Below, piece by piece: positions 10,336 to 19,617 of a stretch of DNA of 64,000 nucleotides. The DNA lies in the NCBI RefSeq assembly GCF_003790525.1, contig NZ_CP033636.1. One strand, written 5' to 3'. How positions within the stretch are numbered: the stretch's first letter is position 1; every line of letters begins with the position of its first letter. The translations under genes were made by a program, and so were the position numbers. The notes beneath the pieces are model-generated. The model was given only the letters and a program-made list of their open reading frames with translations, searched no databases and was not told the origin of the DNA. This DNA comes from Escherichia coli. Its GTDB lineage: Bacteria > Pseudomonadota > Gammaproteobacteria > Enterobacterales > Enterobacteriaceae.

Positions 10336-10364
10336 TTGACATGTAGCGTAGACACTCATAGACT
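10336..10364 (+). promoter_or_regulatory. Candidate sigma70 promoter for the plus-strand ter-associated biosynthetic operon
   Basis: TTGACA (10336-10341), 17-bp spacer, TAGACT (10359-10364), in the AT-rich divergent intergenic region between terZ and the ATP-grasp gene. Confidence 0.35.
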
Positions 10365-10411
10365 CACTTCTCAATCATAAATTTGCATGGCGTTCCGGAT
10401 AATTAAAAAAA

Positions 10412-11470
10412 ATGAACAAGAAAATTTGGTTTATGGAAGGTTTGTCCTCCCAGCGAGATATTATTCAGGGGGTAAAATCATTTGCACAAAAAAATAATTT
10501 TGCTATTACCGTATTTGCCTCCCACCGTAACGAAAGACATGAAATTCTTTCCGTTGCCGATTATTCTTTGACTGAACCTGAAGATCCTCAAAAACGTCTT
10601 CAGTTTATTCAGGAAACCATTCAGACCTACGGCATCCACCATATTCATACTGGCCGTAACAGCCAGTGGTTTGAAGAACACCGTTCAGCCATTGAATCGA
10701 CCGGAGCCACCCTTACTACCGGTGCAACAGGCGTCGACTGGTTAACTCTGGCTGACGAAAAAGTTACTTTTGCTCAGTTTATGGAGCAAAACGGGCTCCC
10801 GGTCGTACCGTCCTGGCGGGTGAATACGCTGGCAGAATTAAAGACGCACCTCGCGGCCCCGCCGTTCTCGGACAGCCCGGTATGCGTGAAGCCGGTGACG
10901 GGTATCTATGGCATGGGATTCTGGCGCTTTGATGACAGTGCTTCGCCCATGGCCGTCTTTAATCATCCCGAACATCGTCTGGTCAGTCCGCAACAGTATA
11001 TTGCAGCAGCATCGGCTTCTGAGTCGTTTAAACCCCTTGTTTTGATGCCGTACCTGCCAGGCCCGGAATTTTCCGTCGATATCCTCGCGGATAAGGGCGA
11101 AATACTCGCAGCCGTGGGACGCCGTAAGGAAGGGGCTATCCAGTATCTGGTAAACGAAGGAAGCGCCTGGGAACTGGCTTGTGACTGCGCCCGGGTTATG
11201 AAGGCCGACGGGCTGGTGAATGTTCAGACGCGAAACGATGTGAATGGCAACCCGGTGCTGCTTGAAACCAACATGCGTCCGTCAGGCGGGGTGGGTTATA
11301 CCCTTCACAGCGGGGTGAACCTTCCCGGGTTGTTTGCTGCCTTTAAGCTCGGTCTGATGTCTGAAGATGCGGTGATCCAGAGCGCCAGAAATACCTTTTC
11401 TCCGGTTGCAGTGAGATCCATCACAGATGTCATCGTTTACCCGGAATCACTCTCTAACCATCTGAATTAA
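10412..11470 (+). CDS. ATP-grasp family protein (ter-associated biosynthetic module)
   Basis: 352 aa; ATP-grasp-like fold pattern; gene order matches the ter-linked biosynthetic operon described in comparative genomics. Confidence 0.7.
   Translation: MNKKIWFMEGLSSQRDIIQGVKSFAQKNNFAITVFASHRNERHEILSVADYSLTEPEDPQKRLQFIQETIQTYGIHHIHTGRNSQWFEEHRSAIESTGATLTTGATGVDWLTLADEKVTFAQFMEQNGLPVVPSWRVNTLAELKTHLAAPPFSDSPVCVKPVTGIYGMGFWRFDDSASPMAVFNHPEHRLVSPQQYIAAASASESFKPLVLMPYLPGPEFSVDILADKGEILAAVGRRKEGAIQYLVNEGSAWELACDCARVMKADGLVNVQTRNDVNGNPVLLETNMRPSGGVGYTLHSGVNLPGLFAAFKLGLMSEDAVIQSARNTFSPVAVRSITDVIVYPESLSNHLN
10760..10770. repeat. AAAGTWACTTT palindrome copy 2 (inside ATP-grasp CDS, encodes K-V-T-F)
   Basis: Exact match cgaAAAAGTTACTTTTgc. 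Confidence 0.9.
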
Positions 11471-11473
11471 GGC

Positions 11474-12622
11474 GTGTTTATGTCTGATACCCTCGAAGAT
11501 ATGATTTATCGCCGTACCCTCTCATGCGGTACGATACAGGTAACCCGCGACCAGGGTGATGTTTCGCTCGATGACCTGTTTGATATCGCTGAAAGACGTA
11601 ACCCGAAACGCGCCTTTCTGTTTGTCAGCAAAGTACTCGGCAGGCACATTCCCGTGCCACCCTCAGTCATGCGGCAGGCCTACAGACAGCTTGCCAGCCA
11701 GTTCCCCGCAACGCTGACAGGGCCCGTACTTTTTATCGGTATGGCTGAAACCGCCGTTGGGCTAGGGGCCGGTGTGTTTGATGAAGTGCGCCACCAGCAT
11801 CGTGAATCTGTCTATCTGACCTCTACCCGTCACCCGGTTGATGGCACGTTACTTTGCGAGTTCAAGGAAGAACACAGCCACGCCACCGATCATCTGATCT
11901 ATCTGCCAGATGATGAAGAGAAAAGACGTCGTGTTACCAACGCACGAACGCTGGTTTTGATTGATGACGAGGCAACCACCGGTAATACCTTTATTAACCT
12001 GCTTTCTGCCCTGCGTAATACCGGCAAGCTTCAACATATTGAACAGGTTATCGCCGTTACGCTTACCGACTGGAGTAGCAACGCCCTGTCGGAGCGCACA
12101 TCCTTGCCCGTCACTTCGGTTTCGCTTGTAAGCGGTCAGTGGGGATGGACCCCATTACCTGATGCACCTGTCCCGGACATGCCGAAAGTCAACGTAACTT
12201 CACGCGGAGAATGGGACATCCTGGGAAAACAGTCCTGGGGTCGACTGGGGATGCTCGCACCTGCGGCCGATCTCGGCCATGAGGTCTCCGTCCGCAAGGG
12301 GGAACGTATTCTGGTTCTCGGGACCGGGGAATTCGTCTGGGAGCCGTTCCTGCTTGCTGAACGGCTCGAAGCTGCCGGAGCACAGGCACTTTATGGTTCG
12401 ACCACCCGCTCCCCTATCGCCGTTGGTTATGCCATTGAGTCCGCCATTTCCTTTACGGATAACTACGGGCTGGGCATCCCCAATTTTGTCTATAACGTCG
12501 CCCACCAGCAGTTTGACCGTATTCTTGTGTGTACTGAGACACCCGCAGAAAGTATTGACACGCAGCTTCTTAAAGCCCTGGCTGAGGTTGCGCCCGTCGT
12601 GGAGATTGTTACCTATGAATAA
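11474..12622 (+). CDS. Phosphoribosyltransferase (PRTase)-type protein with C-terminal extension (ter-associated)
   Basis: 382 aa; PRTase PRPP-binding-like motif TLVLIDDEATTGNT; stop overlaps the next start (ATGAATAA). Confidence 0.7.
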   Translation: MFMSDTLEDMIYRRTLSCGTIQVTRDQGDVSLDDLFDIAERRNPKRAFLFVSKVLGRHIPVPPSVMRQAYRQLASQFPATLTGPVLFIGMAETAVGLGAGVFDEVRHQHRESVYLTSTRHPVDGTLLCEFKEEHSHATDHLIYLPDDEEKRRRVTNARTLVLIDDEATTGNTFINLLSALRNTGKLQHIEQVIAVTLTDWSSNALSERTSLPVTSVSLVSGQWGWTPLPDAPVPDMPKVNVTSRGEWDILGKQSWGRLGMLAPAADLGHEVSVRKGERILVLGTGEFVWEPFLLAERLEAAGAQALYGSTTRSPIAVGYAIESAISFTDNYGLGIPNFVYNVAHQQFDRILVCTETPAESIDTQLLKALAEVAPVVEIVTYE

Positions 12623-13388
12623 ACCCGTTGTTCTGAGCGACCTTGACGACACGCTCTTTCAGACCCGTCGTAAAATGGTGGACGAGCTGGCCCTGGAGCC
12701 ATTCCGTACCGGTGCCGTTGATCGCACCCTGAATCCACGAAGCTTTATGACGGAAGAACAGTCCATGTTGGTGGACTGGCTCCTGGAGCAGGCTGAACTC
12801 ATACCTGTTACCGCCCGGGGAACTGAAGAAATCAGCCGCGTCCGGATCCCTTTCCACTCCTGGGCAATCACCACGCACGGGGCCGTCATTCTCACGCCTG
12901 AAGGCAAACCCGACGAGGAGTGGAAGGCCCATATGCTTGGCCAGCTGGCTCCCTACCAGGAAAAGCTGACATCGATGCAGCGTCTGATCACTGAAATGAT
13001 GGACGCAAAAGGGATCAATGCCTGGGCAAGGCTGAACTTCGAATACGGTGAAACGGCGGTTTATATGGTGATGAAGCACCGCGACAGCACCCGCCTTGAC
13101 GAGCTCAATGCCATTGCAGATGAGATAGAAACGGTGTTTCCGACCGAGGGCTTCTACATCCACCGCAACAGTAATAACGTGGCCTGGCTTCCCACCCCGG
13201 TTGAGAAAGGGCTGGCCGTCAGATGGCTGCTTGAAAAACTTCGGGCTGAACGCGGAGTCTTCCCCGTAATTGGCCTGGGCGACAGCCTGAGCGATCATCG
13301 TTTTATGAAACTGTGCAGCTGGTTTGGCATCCCGCGTCAGAGTCAGTTTGCAGATGCCATTTCACAGCGAATTTTTGGAGAAAATTAA
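12615..13388 (+). CDS. HAD-superfamily hydrolase/phosphatase (ter-associated)
   Basis: 257 aa from ATG 12615; HAD motif I VLSDLDDTLF at the N-terminus; the track ORF from 12279 is an upstream extension overlapping the PRTase gene. Confidence 0.7.
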   Translation: MNKPVVLSDLDDTLFQTRRKMVDELALEPFRTGAVDRTLNPRSFMTEEQSMLVDWLLEQAELIPVTARGTEEISRVRIPFHSWAITTHGAVILTPEGKPDEEWKAHMLGQLAPYQEKLTSMQRLITEMMDAKGINAWARLNFEYGETAVYMVMKHRDSTRLDELNAIADEIETVFPTEGFYIHRNSNNVAWLPTPVEKGLAVRWLLEKLRAERGVFPVIGLGDSLSDHRFMKLCSWFGIPRQSQFADAISQRIFGEN

Positions 13389-13389
13389 A

Positions 13390-14469
13390 ATGCAGCCACA
13401 TGACACATTTACCGGCTCATACCAGCCCGGTGACGTGGAATTTCTGCTAAAGCCGGTTGTCATTGAGATGACGCCGGTTGAGCAAAAAGAAGAGCTGATT
13501 CAGTCAGGGAAGAAACATTATTCGGACATGCTCAGTCAGGAGCCAGCGCCAACACAATGGCATCTTGATTTGTTTCACCGGGCGCTGGATCGGGGCGCAG
13601 AGAGACTTGCAAAAGAAGTCACACAGCTCGCTATTGCTCTGGCCAAACGCTTTGGTGATGAGCCCATTGTACTGGCCAGTCTTGTCAGGGCTGGCGTGCC
13701 GCTCGGCGTTATGCTGCACCAGGCCCTGCGTGACATGGGGAAAACCTCATGGCATTACGGTATCAGCATTATCCGGGATCGTGGAATTGACGGTGCAGCC
13801 CTCGACGTCATTGAAGAGCGGCATGGTACCAGCGGTATTGTCTTTGTTGACGGATGGACAGGTAAAGGCGCAATTACCGGAGAGCTTGTACGCGCACTGA
13901 AAGATCGCCCGGGCTATCCTGAGCAGCCGCGACTGGTTGTCCTGGCCGATCCCTGTGGCTGCTCCTGGCTTGCAGCCAGTGATGATGACTGGCTCATTCC
14001 TTTTGGCATCATGGGTGCGCCGGTGTCAGGCCTGATCTCCCGGTCAGTGTGGTCCTCTGAAGGATTACACGGGTGCATGGTTTGCGAGCATCTCAGTGAA
14101 TTCGAATGCAGCCGGATGCTTGTCGATACCGTCGCTCATTTCCGTAAGAAGTTAACCCCGTCATCCCTCGCTCCCCTGAGCTGGAATACGGAGTCAGCCC
14201 GGATCTTATGGCAGACAAGTCGCGACGTTATCGCGTTCCTGGCCGATGAATTTAAAGTGGACAGCGTCAATCGTATAAAACCCGGTATTGCTGAAGCAAC
14301 CCGGGCTGTATTACGTCGGGTACCGGACCATGTATTTGTGCGTTCTATTGACGACCCGGACGTTGCCTTGCTTGTAGGGCTTGCTCGTGAAAAGGGAATA
14401 GTTGTTACAGAAATGGGGGGAACCCTCGGCCAGTATCGGGCTGTAACCATTATCAAGAAGGTACTTTGA
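13390..14469 (+). CDS. ter-associated protein with PRTase-like segment and conserved cysteines (possibly StiP-like)
   Basis: 359 aa from ATG 13390; segment GIVFVDGWTGKGAITGEL resembles a PRTase nucleotide-binding loop; CGCSW and CMVCEH cysteine clusters; exact family not certain. Confidence 0.5.
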   Translation: MQPHDTFTGSYQPGDVEFLLKPVVIEMTPVEQKEELIQSGKKHYSDMLSQEPAPTQWHLDLFHRALDRGAERLAKEVTQLAIALAKRFGDEPIVLASLVRAGVPLGVMLHQALRDMGKTSWHYGISIIRDRGIDGAALDVIEERHGTSGIVFVDGWTGKGAITGELVRALKDRPGYPEQPRLVVLADPCGCSWLAASDDDWLIPFGIMGAPVSGLISRSVWSSEGLHGCMVCEHLSEFECSRMLVDTVAHFRKKLTPSSLAPLSWNTESARILWQTSRDVIAFLADEFKVDSVNRIKPGIAEATRAVLRRVPDHVFVRSIDDPDVALLVGLAREKGIVVTEMGGTLGQYRAVTIIKKVL

Positions 14470-15425
14470 TGAAAAATCGTCTTTCTCCCTGGAATCTGGG
14501 AGCCACGCTATACATGCCTGCAACACGGGAAGATATTGCTGATGCCGTCCTGCACGGGAAAATCCCGGGTTTGCGCTCTCTGGTGATTTGCCTGGAGGAT
14601 GCTGTCAGTGAAGCAGACATCCCCGTCGCCCTCAAAAATCTGGAGCACCTGCTGCACGAGCTCAGTAACAGCATGCATAGCCTGGGTAAAAATGACTGGC
14701 CTCTGGTGTTCATTCGCCCCCGGCATGCCGAAATGGGCAGATGGTTAAAAGCGCATTATGATCTTTCCGCTGTCGACGGGTTTGTGTTGCCGAAATTTAC
14801 CCTCAGTTCGTTAGCTGAATGGTGGGATATCATGGGCGGGACTCACCTGTGCATGATGCCAACGCTGGAAACAGAAGACGTCTTTGACGTGGTTCAGATG
14901 CGGGAGCTGGCCACCCGTCTGGTGGAACATCCCTGCCACGACCGCATTATTGCGCTTCGAATCGGCGGCAACGATCTTATGAACGTTGTGTCGCTTCGCC
15001 GTCCCCGGGACCTGACGCTGTATGACAGCCCGATGGGCTACGTCATCAAAATGCTCGTTTCGGTCTTCGGCCCGCGTGATTTTGCCCTGACCGCGCCCGT
15101 ATGTGAGCATATTGACGATCATGCCGTAATGGCCAGAGAGCTGGCTCTTGATATGGCACATGGGCTTGTTGGGAAAACGGCCATTCACCCGGGTCAGATA
15201 GAGGTCATTCAAAACGCGCTGATGGTCACTCAGGGTGAGCATTCTGACGCTCTGCGGATCCTGAACTCTACCCAGGCCGTGTTTAAGTCGCAGGGAGCAA
15301 TGTGTGAACCCGCCACACATCGCCGCTGGGCGGCTGGCATTCTGGACAGAGCTCGTTTTTATGGGTTACAGAACGAGCAAAGCGCTGATGGAATCAGATT
15401 ACTTACCGTGACCCAGCATCATTAA
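14469..15425 (+). CDS. HpcH/HpaI aldolase / citrate-lyase beta-like TIM-barrel protein (ter-associated)
   Basis: 318 aa; motif VICLEDAVSEADIP; ATG overlaps the upstream stop (TGATG); AAGAAGG SD. Confidence 0.65.
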   Translation: MKNRLSPWNLGATLYMPATREDIADAVLHGKIPGLRSLVICLEDAVSEADIPVALKNLEHLLHELSNSMHSLGKNDWPLVFIRPRHAEMGRWLKAHYDLSAVDGFVLPKFTLSSLAEWWDIMGGTHLCMMPTLETEDVFDVVQMRELATRLVEHPCHDRIIALRIGGNDLMNVVSLRRPRDLTLYDSPMGYVIKMLVSVFGPRDFALTAPVCEHIDDHAVMARELALDMAHGLVGKTAIHPGQIEVIQNALMVTQGEHSDALRILNSTQAVFKSQGAMCEPATHRRWAAGILDRARFYGLQNEQSADGIRLLTVTQHH

Positions 15426-15435
15426 GGAAATCATA

Positions 15436-16644
15436 ATGGGGTTCAGATTCAGAAAGTCGATCAACATTATTCCTGGTGTTCGCCTCAACCTGAGTAACGG
15501 TGCACCGAGCCTGAGTGTCGGGCCGAGAGGTGCTTCCGTTTCTTTTGGAAGCCGGGGGACCTATGCCAATCTGGGCTTGCCCGGTACCGGGCTGAGTTAC
15601 CGTACCCGGCTTGATCGGGCCGCGCGTTCCGGAGGTGGGAACCGGACGGCTACCGACCCGGGGCTCAGACAGGCGCTTGAGGAGGAAGCCGCTGATCTCA
15701 TGTCAGCGGTGACCGCAATCCGTAATATTCACGAGCTGACGCCGGATCCTAAAACAGGCATCAGCTGGGCAGAGCTGGAAGCAGTATACCTGCATAACAG
15801 AACGTCGCCTTTTCAGGTTCCGGCACCGGTGCGTCCAGAAAAGCCAGACTATCTTGCATTGCCGGAAAAGCCTGCCGAGAGCGAAGGCATTAGTTTTCTG
15901 GGTAAATGGTTTGAATCGGAATCAGCTAAAGCTGAGCGCCACGCCGAAAATCTTCGCCGGTGGCAGCAGGAGCTGATTGATGTGGAGCGTGAGAATACCC
16001 TTCGACAGCACCGGTACCAGCAACAACGGACGGCCTGGGCCGAACAGTATGCAAACTGGAAGTTTGAGGCTGAAGAACATGAAAAACGGCTCGCCACGGC
16101 TCAGGCAGATGCCCGGCAGCAGTTCCGGACAGACGCCGCGTTTTTCGAATCATACCTGGCGGGTGTGCTGGCAGAAACTGAATGGCCGCGTGAAACGCTT
16201 GTTGCATTTGAAGTAAAGCCGGAGCTATCAGCAGTCCTGCTGGATGTTGATTTAGCTGAGATTGAAGATTTCCCTGATAAGATTTACGGCGTTAATGCCC
16301 GGGGCACGGAGCTGACGGAAAAAGCCATGACGCAAAAAGCCGTACGCGAAAACTATGCCCGCCACGTCCATGGCTGCTTGTTCCGCCTGGTCGGTATCGT
16401 TTTACATACGCTACCGTTCGACAACGTGATTGTGTCAGGCTTTACGCAACGGGTCAGTAAGCGGACCGGCTATCTGGAGGATGAGTATATCCTGTCCTGC
16501 AAATGCAGTCGCAGCCAGATGTCGTCAGTAAATTTTGCAGGCTTAGAACACATTGATCCGGTTGAAGCGTTAGGCGATCACCCGGTTATTCGAAAGATGA
16601 GCAGTACCTTCATTTTTCAGCCTATTGAACCACTAACCCTTTAA
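15436..16644 (+). CDS. DUF4236-like protein
   Basis: 402 aa; N-terminus MGFRFRKSINIIPGVRLNLSNGAPSLSVGPRGASVSFG resembles the DUF4236 signature; remainder charged and helical. Confidence 0.55.
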   Translation: MGFRFRKSINIIPGVRLNLSNGAPSLSVGPRGASVSFGSRGTYANLGLPGTGLSYRTRLDRAARSGGGNRTATDPGLRQALEEEAADLMSAVTAIRNIHELTPDPKTGISWAELEAVYLHNRTSPFQVPAPVRPEKPDYLALPEKPAESEGISFLGKWFESESAKAERHAENLRRWQQELIDVERENTLRQHRYQQQRTAWAEQYANWKFEAEEHEKRLATAQADARQQFRTDAAFFESYLAGVLAETEWPRETLVAFEVKPELSAVLLDVDLAEIEDFPDKIYGVNARGTELTEKAMTQKAVRENYARHVHGCLFRLVGIVLHTLPFDNVIVSGFTQRVSKRTGYLEDEYILSCKCSRSQMSSVNFAGLEHIDPVEALGDHPVIRKMSSTFIFQPIEPLTL

Positions 16645-16661
16645 GCAGGCTAAATCTTACG

Positions 16662-17129
16662 ATGCAATTAAATACCAGACAGGCCCGGATTTTTAAGCTT
16701 GCCAACTTACTGGGCACCGGCAAGCCCGTTTCCGCTGCCGACATTATAACCAGTCTGGAATGCTCAGAGCCGACATTAACCCGGGCACTCAAAGAGCTAC
16801 GCGAGTCATATTCTGCGGAGATCAAATACAGCAAGGCAGGTCATTCCTACCATCTCGTTAATCCGGGCCAGCTGGATAAAAAGACCCTTCGCCGGATGAA
16901 TGAAGCGCTCGCACAGAATGCTGAACTGAAAACCGGTGAGTCCACAGGGAAGGTCGTACTCGATAAGGATAAAAAAACAGCCGTGTCATTATCGCTACGC
17001 ATGCGGATTTTAAGAAAAATTGACCGTCTGGCTGCGCTGAGTGGCTCGACCCGAAGTGAAGCGGTAGAGAAGCTGGCTCTGCACTCCGTTGATGAACTGA
17101 TAAAAGAATACAGCGCTAAAAAGTCCTGA
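16662..17129 (+). CDS. terW: TerW-like DNA-binding protein
   Basis: 155 aa; size and position (just upstream of the terY/terX module) match terW; HTH-like segment SAADIITSLECSEPTLTRALKEL. Confidence 0.7.
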   Translation: MQLNTRQARIFKLANLLGTGKPVSAADIITSLECSEPTLTRALKELRESYSAEIKYSKAGHSYHLVNPGQLDKKTLRRMNEALAQNAELKTGESTGKVVLDKDKKTAVSLSLRMRILRKIDRLAALSGSTRSEAVEKLALHSVDELIKEYSAKKS

Positions 17130-17142
17130 CGCTAAATCTCAG

Positions 17143-17168
17143 ACCGGGGTGAAAACCCCGGTTTTGTC
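17143..17168 (+). terminator. Rho-independent terminator after terW
   Basis: ACCGGGGT-GAAA-ACCCCGGT hairpin followed by TTTGTC, 14 nt after the terW stop. Confidence 0.6.
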
Positions 17169-17591
17169 ATATTTCACCTCTGTATCTGCGTGACGGAGTT
17201 TTGATCTATTCTCCTCCCGCAATGTCAGCAGCGCCTTTCTGCCTACAAAACCTGGTGTCTTGACATCCTCTTGTGCTACACATCAATCTTTGGGCGATTT
17301 ACACTCCATTCATGCAGATCTGTGATGTATGATGATTTTCATACATAAGAAAGTTTATTTTTGCCGGAGTTTTTTTCAGAAATTTATATTCCAGTACGGT
17401 CTGAATTTTTTTCTCTGATAAGAGGCCATTCACATGTCGGTAATTCAATGGTGGTTAACTTATTTCTTTAATGCCGCTTCTGAGTATTTAATCTCCACCC
17501 GACAGATGTCGTGCCGTTTTATCAAATCTACAAACTCTGGCCTCTTCCTGAAACTACTCTCCTCTTCCGATCTCTTAAGAAGGAATTACAT

Positions 17592-18230
17592 TTGAGACGC
17601 TTACCCGTATATCTGCTACTCGACACGTCCGGCTCTATGCACGGAGAGCCTATCGAAGCGGTTAAGAATGGCGTTCAGACGCTGCTTACCACGCTGAAAC
17701 AGGATCCGTATGCACTCGAAACGGCTTACGTGTCAGTGATCACCTTTGATTCTTCAGCCCGACAGGCAGTCCCCCTGACAGACCTCCTGAGTTTCCAGAT
17801 GCCAGCACTAACAGCCAGCGGCACCACCTCTCTTGGCGAAGCGCTTTCCCTCACGGCCAGCTCCATTGCCAAAGAAGTACAGAAAACGACGGCTGACACT
17901 AAAGGTGACTGGCGTCCCCTTGTATTCCTGATGACGGATGGAAGTCCGAATGATGACTGGCGTAAAGGCCTGAATGACTTTAAAGCGGCCAGAACCGGCG
18001 TTGTTGTGGCATGTGCAGCCGGGCATGATGCCGATACCAGCGTCCTCAAAGAAATCACTGAAATCGTGGTTCAGCTCGATACAGCTGACAGTTCGACGAT
18101 TAAAGCTTTCTTTAAATGGGTCAGTGCGAGCATTTCGGTAGGCAGTCAGAAAGTGGAGTCCAGCAAAAAAGAAGTGATCGGTCTTGAAGACCTGCCACCG
18201 CCGCCGCCAGAAGTAAACGTGGTCTTATAA
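17592..18230 (+). CDS. terY: TerY-like vWA domain protein
   Basis: vWA MIDAS motif LLLDTSGSM...LMTDGSPND; proposed TTG start at 17592 preceded by AAGGA, in the same context (AGGAATTACAT) as the next terY paralogue; the track ORF starts at ATG 17511 without an SD. Confidence 0.65.
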   Translation: MRRLPVYLLLDTSGSMHGEPIEAVKNGVQTLLTTLKQDPYALETAYVSVITFDSSARQAVPLTDLLSFQMPALTASGTTSLGEALSLTASSIAKEVQKTTADTKGDWRPLVFLMTDGSPNDDWRKGLNDFKAARTGVVVACAAGHDADTSVLKEITEIVVQLDTADSSTIKAFFKWVSASISVGSQKVESSKKEVIGLEDLPPPPPEVNVVL

Positions 18231-18252
18231 TTTTATTAATTAAGGGGATGTC

Positions 18253-18894
18253 ATGTCTGTCAGTCTGAGCAAAGGCCAGGGCGTAAGCCTGAAAAAAAAT
18301 GAATACGATCTCTCGTCCGTTACTATCGGCCTGGGTTGGGATATTAATGAGGAAAAGAAAGGTTTCCTCGGCGGGATCTTTGGTAAAAAAGAAGAAGAAT
18401 ACGACCTTGATGTGATCGCTTTCCTGTGTAATTCAGCCGGAAAGGTGACCGATCTCGGCAATGTGGAAAATGGTAAACCAACGCTTGTGAATGGCGATAT
18501 CATCTTTTTCAACAGCCTTCGCCATAAGTCAGGAAATATCTGGCTGACGGGCGATAACCGAACCGGAGCCGGTGATGGTGACGATGAGCAAATTATTGTG
18601 CGCCTGAATTCCCTTGACGCTCAGTACGAGAAAATTGTGTTCATCGTTCAGATCTACAATGGTGAAAAGCTCCAGCAGCACTTTGGTAAAGTTCAGAATG
18701 CCTTCATCCGGGCAGTAGATGCCCGTAATATTGAAATGGCACGATTCGATCTTTCTGGCGGACCCGCCTTCGCCAGCCAGCGCTCCATGGTTTTTGCCGA
18801 GCTGATACGCGAGGCTACAGGCTGGAAACTCAGGGCAATTGGTGAGCCTTCAGAATCAGATTCGTTTGTCTCGCACCTGAGGAATTACATGTGA
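18253..18894 (+). CDS. terX: TerX-like TerD-domain protein
   Basis: 213 aa; [15 protein letters not shown]...GDNRTGAGDGDDE TerD-family pattern; AAGGGGA SD. Confidence 0.8.
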   Translation: MSVSLSKGQGVSLKKNEYDLSSVTIGLGWDINEEKKGFLGGIFGKKEEEYDLDVIAFLCNSAGKVTDLGNVENGKPTLVNGDIIFFNSLRHKSGNIWLTGDNRTGAGDGDDEQIIVRLNSLDAQYEKIVFIVQIYNGEKLQQHFGKVQNAFIRAVDARNIEMARFDLSGGPAFASQRSMVFAELIREATGWKLRAIGEPSESDSFVSHLRNYM

Positions 18895-19532
18895 TGCGCC
18901 GCCTGCCTGTTTACCTTGTTATCGACACATCCGGCTCGATGCGCGGTGAGTCCATCCATTCCGTTAACGTTGGAATTCAGGCGATGCTTAGCGCTCTTCG
19001 CCAGGATCCCTACGCCCTCGAAAGCGTTCATATCTCCATTATCACCTATGACAATGAGGCGCGTGAGTTCATTCCTCTCACGCCGCTGGAAGACTTCCAG
19101 TTTTCTGACATCGTTGTGCCAAGCGCAGGCGGGACGTTCACCGGTGCTGCCCTTGAATGTCTGATGCAGTGTGTTGAACGGGATGTACGTCGCTCAGATG
19201 GTGATACAAAAGGAGACTGGCGTCCTCTGGTATTCCTGATGACTGATGGAACCCCTTCTGATGCCCTGGCGTACGGTGAAGCGGTAAAAGCGATTCGCGG
19301 CCGGGGATTCGGATCCATCATTGCCTGCGCCGTTGGTCCTAAAGCAGGCCATGAGCACTTAAAACAGCTCACCGATAAGGTTGTGTCTCTGGAGACGCTA
19401 GATTCAACCGCGTTTGCAGGTTTCTTTAAATGGGTATCGGCCAGCGTGTCTTCCGGCAGCACAAGCGCGGGGATCAATAACGGAACTGATACCCTTCCCC
19501 CTCCTCCACCAGAAATCCAGCTGGTGCTCTGA
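18894..19532 (+). CDS. terY: TerY-like vWA domain protein (second copy)
   Basis: MRRLPVYLVIDTSGSMRGE...LMTDGTPSD; ATG overlaps the terX stop (TGATG). Confidence 0.7.
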   Translation: MRRLPVYLVIDTSGSMRGESIHSVNVGIQAMLSALRQDPYALESVHISIITYDNEAREFIPLTPLEDFQFSDIVVPSAGGTFTGAALECLMQCVERDVRRSDGDTKGDWRPLVFLMTDGTPSDALAYGEAVKAIRGRGFGSIIACAVGPKAGHEHLKQLTDKVVSLETLDSTAFAGFFKWVSASVSSGSTSAGINNGTDTLPPPPPEIQLVL

Positions 19533-19535
19533 CAG

Positions 19536-19572
19536 ACAGAAAGGTGCTGCTTTCCGGGCAGCACCTTTCTGT
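19536..19572 (+). other. Perfect 15-bp-stem hairpin between two terY genes (intercistronic RNA structure)
   Basis: ACAGAAAGGTGCTGC-TTTCCGG-GCAGCACCTTTCTGT; no U-run follows, so not a canonical intrinsic terminator. Confidence 0.6.
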
Positions 19573-19617
19573 ACAGCAACGTTTTCTGCTGGCCGTACCA
19601 GCCGTACGAGGAAAATT

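Noticed and set aside
12609-13298. 229-aa minus-strand ORF (and 12200..12652)
   Set aside because: Antisense to the PRTase and HAD genes, which have recognisable motifs; shadow ORFs
17251-17290. TTGACA-containing candidate promoter upstream of the terY module
   Set aside because: No acceptable -10 hexamer at the right spacing; left unannotated
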